A stretch of 61,795 bases of DNA, counting the filler, from Hausera hauseri (Eukaryota), in NCBI GenBank assembly GCA_046269625.1. It is 10 parts of 10 records of this genome, joined end to end, with 100 filler letters (N's around TTAATTAATTAA, not from the genome) between each part and the next. Parts side by side here need not be neighbours in the genome. Positions count along the whole stretch, not along the records: positions 47,813 to 52,808 come from JBJURY010366706.1; positions 52,909 to 56,933 come from JBJURY010810642.1; positions 57,034 to 61,795 come from JBJURY010445580.1; 7 more parts are not named here. One strand, 5' to 3'. Below are positions 51,900 to 61,795 of the stretch, one piece after another (position 1 is the first letter of the stretch; the number at the start of each line of letters is the position of its first letter). The translations under genes and the position numbers were made by a program. Below the pieces are notes generated by a model. The model was not told the origin of the DNA and did not search any database. It was given only the letters and a program-made list of their open reading frames with translations.

Positions 51900-52808
51900 G
51901 CAGTAAACAAGACCATCACGCTTACTTCTTTTAAGGTATTCCACGTACTGTTAATCTCTATTTGTAGAATTCAAAGTTTGTTCCAGCTGATATAATACCA
52001 AATTCCTTCACCACTGAGCCTGCAACAAGAACATCCTCTTTCGATATACCATGTCTTCTAATAAAGATAAAATGTCCATACTAACTACTACTTCATCTAC
52101 TAATTCTTTCATTATCCTGAATTTGGCTTGTACTATTTCTCCATAAATTAGTACGTCAGTTTCCCAATAGGCTACTAAAGTTTGATAATTTCCAAATACA
52201 TTGGTTCCACATGGTAATATTTCTGGAATAGTCAATTCGCATTTTTTATCCTCAGGTATCAGTGATTCTTTTATAACTGATATCGAGGCGCCTGTATCTA
52301 CCAATGCTTTGAATATCAAGCCACCGACTTTAATTAGAGTTCTTGGTCTTTTATCAATTTTTCTGCGTATAGTTGATTTTAAATGAGGGTCAAAAATTCC
52401 TTCTGTGTTAGTTTCTTCATCTATCATCGAAATAGTAAAGTTATTCGTTCCAAACACTACTACATTAGTAGGGTTGTTTTCGTCCATTTTTTCTCGATGT
52501 TCTTTTAACTGTTTCATTGGATATAATCTCGGACTATCAGGTTTGATCACGGATAGTCTGGCATACTTTTCACGTTGTTCATAAACATCGTGGATTGAGA
52601 CTTCATCGTAAGTCTTTTGAGTAGTTGATAAACTTTGTTTATTTTGCAGAATCTGGTTTAACTCAGAATTTATGAGTGGCATATTAGTTAATGGTGATGC
52701 TGGTCTTCTTGGACTGTATAACATCACATCTGACTTATAATTAGGTGGAGCAGTTGGATAATCTGGCAATGGTTTTAATATTGATTGGTATGGTGGTTGA
52801 AAGTTCGG
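51900..52808 (-). mobile_element. Fragment A3, relative of A1: late-domain linker fused in frame to protease (ORF 52008-52769)
   Basis: PTAPPNY, YSPRRP, LYPMKQL, then RP...ALVDTGASIS; colinear with 7079-8070. Confidence 0.75.
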
Positions 52809-52961
52809 NNNNNNNNNNNNNNNNNNNNNNNNNNNNNNNNNNNNNNNNNNNNTTAATTAATTAANNNNNNNNNNNNNNNNNNNNNNNNNNNNNNNNNNNN
52901 NNNNNNNNTCATGTGCAGGTGTTACAATGAATAATAATGACATATTGTTATTGTTGTCGTA

Positions 52962-53447
52962 TTAATAAAGTTGTTGTATATACATGCTGCCTTTTGAAAT
53001 AAGAAAATCAAAAATCGATAATAATATATTGTCTAAAACACAATTAACAAAATCACTATAAATCAAATTCTTCAAACCAGTTATAACAAGGTTCCCCGTA
53101 TGAAAAACATTTACACAGAAGATTATAACAAGTTAATCTAAGTGCAGGAAATAATTCCGGTTCATAGAAACTTGGTTTACTCATCACCAGTGTGTTAAGA
53201 TCTAGGGTTCACCGAAATCACATGTCACTACAATTGATTGTATACCAAAATGGAAATATTATAAACTGCATGGGTAAACTGCATGGATCAATAGGTTGTT
53301 TGCATCTCATTATTCGGCATTTTCCATAGGAAAAGAATATAATCGTATATTCTTGGTATCGTAAACACACTGTTTGGGTTCGCAGCGAAATTTGAACTCA
53401 TCTAATGAAACTGTAATGAAATCTTTGTAATTGATATTGGTCAACAT
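52962..53447 (-). pseudogene. Divergent TATA-binding-protein-like gene (core domain only), frameshifted
   Basis: Repeat 1 MLTNINY...TIIFFSYGKCRIM; repeat 2 IQSIVVTCDFG...YEPELFPAL...VNVFHTGNLVITGLK, compare TBP YEPELFPGL...IFxSGKxVxTGAK. Confidence 0.75.
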
Positions 53448-53482
53448 CTTTGTAAAAATTAAAATGAGTGCCTGGGTATTGA

Positions 53483-53545
53483 TTTATATACTTTTTGAAC
53501 TTAAGTTTGATTGGTTCATTGAAATTGAACAAATCTGATTGGTTC
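53483..53545 (-). promoter_or_regulatory. Putative promoter of the TBP-like gene: TATA box and two CCAAT boxes
   Basis: GTATATAAAT about 40 nt upstream of ATG; TGAACCAATCA twice (ATTGG at 53510 and 53538 on +). Confidence 0.5.
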
Positions 53546-53839
53546 ACACAAGACAGTGCGAGTTGACATGTTCATATTTTTCATTATTTCAAAAATCATT
53601 TCATCGAATAGTGCGTTTTAAATTGCACTGTCTTGAAAATTAATTTTTTATTTAGAATTGTGAATTCTATATCAACTGCTAATCAAATGTTCATGGTGAT
53701 TGACAGAATTGTCACATGGTTATGAAACCATATTTCAGTCAGTTTCAATAGAAATGAATATTTCATATGTCCAACATGTAAGGCAGTATGCACAACCACC
53801 TGTGAAGATTTCGACGATATGCATAATCAACATCTCAAA

Positions 53840-56724
53840 GACGAGCGGCTGGACTCTTGCCTACATCAAACAATTGGCCATTCATGTGCACAAGTATTCC
53901 CCGATGAGAGGTAGTTTGTATATACAGCTTCCGGAATGGATTGCACGGAAAGATGCAAGCATCAATGTGAAAAATGATGGCAACATGTACTTCAAGTATA
54001 AAAATCTCTCAAAATATTTAGAGTTAAGATCATGCTTTACGTGTTTCGTTATATCAAAACATCTAACATGAGTATGGTTTCGATTGTATTCCGTTTCTAC
54101 CAACAATTGATGACATCCATAGATATCTTTGGAGTAGATGAATTGGGTAAATTCTATCTTTTAAAAGTATGCAAAGTTGAGGTGGAGGACCATAGGGATT
54201 TGCTCCTGCTAGACGATAGTGAAAAGAGGCATTTCACCTGGATCAAGAACTTTAAAAGTCTATTAAGATCCAAAATAACAATAACACAGGATTTGAACTT
54301 TGCAAACGATGTTTGACCAATTTCAGTGGCGAATTAACTGTGGAGAGTTTTGAAGAACACAACATATATTGCAACAGTAATAATTGTATCAGAATGGAAT
54401 TCCCCAATAAAGATTATTTTGAATCCAAGGAATATGAGAAGATGCACAAAGTGCCAGTTGTCGCATATTGCGACTTTGAGGTTATCCTTAGTCCAGTTCA
54501 GAGTTGTAGCCCAAATCCACAACAAAGCAGCACAACGGCATACCAATATCACGAACTCTCATCATATTGTATGTATGCAAAAGGAATGGACAAGGAACCA
54601 TTTCTATTCAGGGGTTCAAATGCAGCAGCACATTTTATGAAGCGATTAGAAGAAATGGCCCATAAGATTGAAATTATGTTGGAGCAGCATAAGGATTAGG
54701 GTAAAATAACTGTCAAAGAAACAAGAATGACGCGAGAAAACAACATGCTACTTGTGCTCCAAATCCTTCAACGGAGAATCGCAAAGTCAGGGATCTGCCA
54801 TTTTGCAGGCTGATATCGAGGCACAGCATGCAAGTCATGTAATCTACGTTGTAAAACATGCACATATGTACCTGTAGTATTCCACAATCTCAATGGCTAT
54901 AATTTCCACTTCATTGTTCAGGAATTAGGAAATATCCCGGGGAATATTGAAGTGATCCCAAACAGTGAGGAGAAATGTCACATTTACCAAAAATGTAGGA
55001 AAAATTAGACTTCGATTCATAAATAGTTAACGTTGCATGAATTCATCTCTTCATAGCCTCGTAAAGAACCTTCCATTAGAAGAACGTAAGGAAACGAAGT
55101 GGTTCTTTCCATCAACATTTGACTTGGTTAAAAGAAAAGGAGTTTCTTCCTGTGATTGCATAACATCATGGGGATCGCTGGATTAAACATCATTGCCAAT
55201 CAAGAATGACTTTTACAGCTAGTTGTCAGACAGCCATATCAGCGATGCGGATTATCAACACGCACAAAAGGTCTGACAGGCTTTCAAATGTAGGACAAGA
55301 GAACGTAGTGACATCTCCAAACCGATGTGCTGCTGCTGGCGGATGCCTTTGAAAGCTACTGGCTGGATCCAGCTTATTTTTTACAGCTCCAGGAATGAGT
55401 TGTGCAGCAGTGCTGTGATATACCAGTATTAGACTGCATTTCTTGGGGGGTTATGACATGATCCTCATGATCGAGAGACATTAGGGACAGAATATTTCAG
55501 GCCATTCACCGGTATAGTGAGGCCAACAGCAAGTATATGGCCGAATATGATCCATCTAAGGCATCCACATATAACATACCTGGATGCCAACAACTTGTGT
55601 GGATGGACAATGAGTGCTCCATTGCCATATAACAACTCCAAATGGGCGGGTCATCCGGAAGATTAAGCAAGACAAGATGTAGATCCCAATGGAGAAATGG
55701 GCTACGTACCGAAGGTGGATGTGGAATATGACTAGTCAATCCACACAAGGCATGAACAGCTGCCATTTTTGTCGGAGAGCAGGCAGCCACCTTATGGAAA
55801 ATTTAAAAGGCTACTGTCATCTGGAGAATAGGGAGATATGTAGCCCACTACATCAATCTCCAGCAAGCAATGATGAATGGACTCCGCATCACGAAAATCT
55901 ATCGGGCCTTGCAGTTTAGCCAGTCTACATGGTTGAAACTTTATATAGACCTCAATACGTAGCTGCTGGCCAATGCCAAAAGCGTCTTTGAAAAAGATCA
56001 GTTCAAGTTATATAACTATAGCGTTTTTGGCAAAACATGGGAAAATATCGGAAACAGGATCAACATCGAACTGGTCCGTGAATGGGAAAGAGCCAAGAAG
56101 TTGATTGCTAAGCCGAACGTCTACCGCAGAACGATATGCTGAAACCGCGTGAGTATCCATATGTTAATGACATTGGAGTTCAACAAGCCTATATTTTTGG
56201 CATGTCGATACTGGACTTATCCAAGACCTTGATGTATGACTTTCATTAGAACATCATGGTCCCAACATTCAAGGAGCTGCAGCCTATGTATATGGATACT
56301 GATAGTTCCATATGTCAGATCCATACAGATGACATTTTTAACGGCTTCGCTCAATTGGCGCAGCATATGGATACTTCCGACTATCCAAAAGACCATAGGA
56401 ACAAAAAGGTTCTTGGGAAGTTCAAAGATGAGGTAAATGGTCAAATAATAAGATTTGTTTCGTTAAGATCCAAAATGTATGCTATCGATGTAAGTGGTCA
56501 AATCAAAGAGGATGAAAGGCGTGCAGAGCCGCATTAGCTCGGCTTCCAAGATTGTGGCAGTTATGAGAGATCAGACACACATTATATTGGATGAGACGAA
56601 TTCAATCTAAGGCACATGAAATTCAAACAGTAGAGCTGTGGAAAGAGCCTTGACTAGATGGACGACAAAAGGCACATGGACGACGAAATCTGCACACTGT
56701 CTCATGGATATGTATTATTGTAAA
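53840..56724 (+). pseudogene. pPolB copy 5
   Basis: HKYSPMRGSLYIQLPEWI; YCDFE; FHNLNGY; DANNL; YMDTDS; GKFKDEVNG..LRSKMY. Confidence 0.92.
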
Positions 56725-56844
56725 TATTGACATCGTTGTTGTGATTTTGTTGTTCTTGTTAATATCGTTGTATTGTATCAATAAATCTTGTTTTAAAAAT
56801 CGTGTTGCATTCTTGGTTAGTAGTAGGATGTGATGACTTGGAGC

Positions 56845-56933
56845 CAACCCCCCCCCGGGAAGGAAAGAAGCCAATGGGAAGAGGACACGTCATCGGGGGA
56901 AGGAAAACTGGCGAATGGGAAGAGGACACGTCA
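56845..56933 (+). repeat. GC-rich tandem repeat after pPolB, possible Polinton subterminal repeat
   Basis: ATGGGAAGAGGACACGTCA repeated at about 39-bp spacing. Confidence 0.65.
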
Positions 56934-57033
56934 NNNNNNNNNNNNNNNNNNNNNNNNNNNNNNNNNNNNNNNNNNNNTTAATTAATTAANNNNNNNNNNN
57001 NNNNNNNNNNNNNNNNNNNNNNNNNNNNNNNNN

Positions 57034-60000
57034 GGTCAGACTTTCTACCACACTACAATTTACTTGTAGATTGCAAACGATGTTCTTTAAAGAGCGAAAA
57101 TAATCTTAATCAAATTAGCAGCATTTCGATGACCACCCGGGCAATCGCTTCCAACAAGTCAATACTGAAAGAAATGACCTCCGATTTAAATTATTTTTAT
57201 AATCATACATTATACAGAAATTTTTACTACGGTGACAAATACGTTATTGCCAACTGCGTGGCACCTATTACTAATAGCACATCTGCCAACACCATCTTCA
57301 ACACGAACATCCTGCACCAAATACCATCCAGTCACAACACTTTGTCTATAACTCATACCTCAACTCCATCCAGTCACGATGCATCGACACCATCGGATAA
57401 TTTGTCATCGTTGCTTTCTGATCTACAGCAATACATATCGTCTTCCTGCACGCGTCTATTGCAGAAGTACAAATCATTCATACCACTTTAATCCACCTTC
57501 CATCACATAGTAACAGCACATCAGAGACCAATACGTCAAAAAGTCCGTCCGCTATCGCCGCGTCGCAGACAGGCAGTGGAGGCTGAGTTTTGCGCACTGG
57601 AAAAATCAGGAATAATCAGAAGATCCAAATTCCCCTTGTTTTCACCACAGCATGTGGTTTCAAAAAAGACGGCACTCAATACCATAACAACAATGGATGC
57701 CTTCTCTCTACCATTAATCAACGATATCCTTCCCAAGCTCCATGGTTCGACCATTTTTTCCTGCATTGATTTGCACAATGCATACCACAAAGTTCCGGTT
57801 GCCCCAGCAGACATTCCGAAAACGGCTGTCATTACACCCTTTGGCTTTTCGAGTACCTTTTCATACCTTTTGGACTCCGTAGCGCTTTTCAGACCTTCAA
57901 AAGGCATATTGATACAGTTCTCTTAGGTTTAGACTTCGCTTATCCCTATATCGATGATATTCTAATTGCATCATCTTCCCCGAAACAACACCGTGAGCAC
58001 TTACTTTTAATCTTCCAGCGCTTGCATCAAAACAACTTGNNNNNNNNNNAAATTAATTTCTTCAAATGCACTTTTTTGAACATAAGGTCAACTTCCTAGG
58101 GCATGTTATTAGCTCCGCCGGACATTCACCTCAGCCAGACCGCATCACAGTCAAAAAACATACAACTACCACGTACATCAATACAGATGAGTTCTTTCCT
58201 TGGAACCTTGCACTTTATTCGTAAGTATATTCCACATTACTCCACTCTAACCGCTCCATTTACATCACTAAGCTCTAGCAAAAAAACAGCCTATTCAATG
58301 GACCGCCAAGCTAGTCAACGGTTTCGATCACCTCAAAGATAATCTAAAAACCATGGAAATTCTGGCCTATCCAGATTCCCATGCAGAACTCTTCTTAACC
58401 ACGGATGCATCCACAACAGCTGCCAGTGCTGTCCTCAATCAAGTCAAAAATGGATCCAATGAGCCATTAAAATTCTTCTCTCGAAAATTCACAGCACAAG
58501 AGCAGAGATATTCCACCTTTGACCGAGAGTTGCTTGCAATGGTCCTTGCCATAAAACACTTCAAATATTTGCTAACTGCACGAACTTTCACAACACAAAC
58601 GGACCACAAGCACTTGCTTCAAATTCTGACTATGAAATTGCCTTCTTCATGTAAGGAGAGGCAAATATCGTATTTGTCAACATTTAATTTTGAAATTAAG
58701 CATTTAAATGGAGTCGACAATTTAGTAGCTGACTTTTTGTCCCGGTCGGTCAGCTCGAATAATTTTACACCAATTTTTCCTCAATCCAAACATCAGCTAA
58801 CCAGCACCTCCTGACATCCTTAAATCTTTTAAATCTTGCAAAACCATCGACGGTGTGGCCTTCGACACCTCCAAACCTAATAATCCCAAATCATTCTTTC
58901 TGAGTCGCTTCAAAAGGAAACCTTCCACAGCGTACATTCGTTGCATCACCCTAGTGTCAAGGTCACTTTTCGACTCTTGCAACGCCATATAGTATGGCCG
59001 TCGATGCGCTTTGACGTGCAGGCATGGGTTAAGCAGTGTGTGGCATGCCAAAAATACAAAGTTACTAAGCATCTAAAGCCACCACTATTTCATTTTCCCT
59101 GCTTGTCTCGTTTCAAATCCGTTCACATTGACCTTGTAGGCCCATTACCCTTAGACAACGGTCATTAGTTCATCCTTACAATGATGGACCGTTCCTCGCG
59201 ATGGCCAGAGGCCGTCCTGCTTCGGAGCACCAACGCAGAAACCACGCAGACGTTTTCATCCGCACTTGGATCAGCAAGCTTGGATCACCTCGCCACATCA
59301 TTTCGGTTTAAGGTCTACAGTTTAAATCCAACCTGTTTAAAACTCTTGTCAATCAATTGGGAATTAACCACATTCACACATCACCATATCATGTCCAATC
59401 AAACGGCCTTCCAGAACGCTTTCACCGAACAATGAAAACTTCTCTTAAAATTCTTGCTGAGTCCAATCGCAGTTGGACCACAATCTTTCCTTACGTTCTG
59501 GTTGGCTGTCGGAACACACCATCTACTTCTACAGGCTGTTCACCTGCAGAAACATTATTTGGCACTTCGATCAGTTCATTATTCGAGCTGACTGAGCTGG
59601 ACAATACTCTTACAGACGAAAGTATAGAAGCGACATAGAGAAACTTCGTTGAAATCAGTTCGTTTGGTTAAAGAATCAGACGCCGTGTGGCTTTCAACTC
59701 CAGTATGTCGGCCCTTACAAAGTAATTCGCTTACACTCTCACAACATCATCATTCTCAAAGACGACAAAGAAGTAACCGTTCACATCAAGAACTCTAAAC
59801 CGGCCTTCTTCATTAACGACACGTCTCCCATCGAAACCACTTCGCCACAAACATCTTTACACGACGCGCAGCAATCTAACAATCTACTTTCCATCTCTGC
59901 TCAATTTTTTAATCCACTTTTGCCTACGTTTTCGCCCAAAACTTCCAATTCAATTTCTTCTCACAATTCAGCCTCCATCTCCCTATCCGATTTTGCATCT

Positions 60001-60880
60001 TTAAGCCTTCCACCACCTCCGTCATCTCACAACAACCTGCTTTCTCCTTTTACAGTACTTCCTCCATCAAACACCATTTTGACTTCACTAATCTCTCCAT
60101 CTACACCCTTCATCATTTCAACCTCTCGCACACCACCATCCAACTACTTTCCTCTGTCTTCTTCATCTTCTCGCTTTTTTTCGCCTTGTATCTCTTGGCC
60201 GTCTTCTCTTTCTCTCTCTCCTTCTCCTTCAACACCTTCCTTATCTTCGGCGCTTTCTTCCTCCCTTTTCCCTTACACATCAACTTCTACTCCTTTTACT
60301 TCCGCTTTACAACTTTCTCCTCTCTATACCTCTTTTTCTATCCATTGTCATCTCTCTACTACAACTTATGTTTCATCTTTCATTTCCACTCTCTTACATA
60401 ATTCAGTTCCAACTTCTACTCCAACTTCTTCTCTTCCTTTATCCGCTACTACACCTTTTATCATCCCTCCATCTTCTAGCACTTTCTTGAATGCCTTTAA
60501 CTATCCGTCTTCAACAATCTCTTTTTCTCCTTCACTTTCTCCTTCTCTTTATTCTGACTCACCTTTCACGACACAGCACTAACAACAAAATCCGACAATT
60601 TTTTACCCCAACTTCAACCTCTTCATACAAACACACAACATAAAAACAAAACACGCAGGATCACTTTCAGCAAGTATAGCAGGGAAAATCATTAGAAGGC
60701 ACTTAACGTCTTGTCCACACTAAGACCGACTGACATAGACACTTTTTCGTTTTGCGGTTTTTTCTTTCTTTTTTACCCTTTATAGTTTTCACTTTGCCAC
60801 GAGGGGGAGTGATGTGGTGCCCACATTGGTGTCAGAAGCCCACATCTGTACACAGTCTCTATACAGCGGGCACAAGTCCA
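57034..60880 (+). mobile_element. Gypsy family B-related copy 5 (PR end, RT, RH, INT, pyrimidine-rich 3' region, PPT 60801-60812, LTR start 60813)
   Basis: YIDD; TDASTTA..FFSRK..YSTFDRELL; HIDLVGPL; NGLPERFHRT; GAGGGGGAGTGA followed by TGTGG. Confidence 0.92.
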
Positions 60881-60890
60881 ATATTTTTTA

Positions 60891-61607
60891 ATGGTCGCGA
60901 ACGCATTAGGATTAATCGTTTTGCATCAGCCGGTGAAACCAGGAGAAACCCATTCCCTATTAGTCGAAATACATCAAATAGACTTCTACTTACCATTTCT
61001 ACGTCTCGAGGAAGTTCAGAAATTGCTTTATTTTTTCATCGACGATGCATCGGATATGCCTAATGCTACTTCCGTCGATTCGACCAATACCGAAAAATCT
61101 AACGTGTATCTTTCATCAAATTGTGACCATGAAGCCAATTCGAAAAGTTCGCTGGACAATACGTTGAATTATCACAATAACAATAAGGTATCTCGTGAAA
61201 AACTGAGCAACATTCCGTCTGCCAGAGCAGTTGAGTCGGTTTTGGACGCAAAAATACCATCCGTTGGAGTGAAAAGTTCTAATAGTAACAATTCCTGCTT
61301 ACTTGCCTCGCTCGTTAAACGGAATCTGAATTCTATCAGTGTTTTATGTATTGGTGGTGGAATACTGAGTTATGCGGTAAAGATTAAAGCGAATCAAAAA
61401 GAACCCGAGCTTTCCCATTCGCCATTCACATGTTTGTTTCAATGGCAACAGAACAAATCGGTGCATAGCAGAACCATGGTCAATCATGAGGCTTCAGAAA
61501 TCTGGTTACCACAAGACTTTTGGCGTGTCCCTCCTGCAATACCAACTTTGCCACAGGGGGTGAATTATGTTGCTCATAGTTACTTTCGTGTTGTTCCGAA
61601 GTTATAA
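60891..61607 (+). CDS. Uncharacterised open stretch of 238 aa, probably the C-terminal part of a cellular gene
   Basis: Long uninterrupted ORF with ordinary protein composition; no motif recognised. Confidence 0.35.
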   Translation: MVANALGLIVLHQPVKPGETHSLLVEIHQIDFYLPFLRLEEVQKLLYFFIDDASDMPNATSVDSTNTEKSNVYLSSNCDHEANSKSSLDNTLNYHNNNKVSREKLSNIPSARAVESVLDAKIPSVGVKSSNSNNSCLLASLVKRNLNSISVLCIGGGILSYAVKIKANQKEPELSHSPFTCLFQWQQNKSVHSRTMVNHEASEIWLPQDFWRVPPAIPTLPQGVNYVAHSYFRVVPKL

Positions 61608-61795
61608 TATCAAAACAAACATCTTAAATGAATTTGACATAGAATATAATTTTACAATTTAAGACCGATAAAGGGTTACAAAATCACAAAAATAATGCTG
61701 AATTAAAAAACGACGTGTGACAAAAAAGTTCCACTGGATCTGATTTTTCAAACGTCCGCGAATTGTTAGTTCAAGTTGACAAATGTAAAATACAG

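Noticed and set aside
56818-56828. AGTAGT as a Polinton terminus (also ACTACT near 23790 and 31555)
   Set aside because: No paired TIR or TSD visible; short motif expected by chance
59920-60582. 220-aa Ser/Pro/Thr ORF resembling a mucin or env
   Set aside because: Arises from a pyrimidine-rich low-complexity tract; no signal peptide, TM or motif

Overview
Eukaryotic (metazoan), AT-rich, repeat-derived window made of ten unrelated contigs joined by artificial 100-bp linkers (N44-TTAATTAATTAA-N44), so nothing can be inferred across linkers. Almost all coding sequence is decayed by stops and frameshifts. Contents: (1) a >11 kb Ty3/Gypsy-type LTR element (minus strand, 1-11267) with an unusual retrovirus-like layout: ubiquitin-like ORF, then a chuvirus-G/herpes-gB-like glycoprotein placed UPSTREAM of protease, a tail with ESCRT late-domain-like motifs, PR-RT-RH-INT, a second FN3-like type-I membrane protein, an apparently spliced accessory ORF ending in a RING finger, PPT and 3' LTR. 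Two diverged relatives (38300-40700, 51900-52808) repeat parts of this layout. (2) Five copies of a conventional Gypsy family, each abutting intronless, same-strand cellular gene fragments (Piezo, BIG-type Sec7, ABCA, ARMH1, unknown ORFs); two copies form a large inverted duplication. (3) Five decayed protein-primed PolB genes of Polinton/Maverick/adintovirus type, flanked by a divergent TBP-like gene, a RING gene and a coiled-coil gene. (4) Isolated, intron-flanked, vertebrate-like exons (Rac last exon, LARS1 exon), suggesting two genomes are mixed. Family assignments come from motif recognition by eye; no searches were run, and boundaries of decayed features are approximate.
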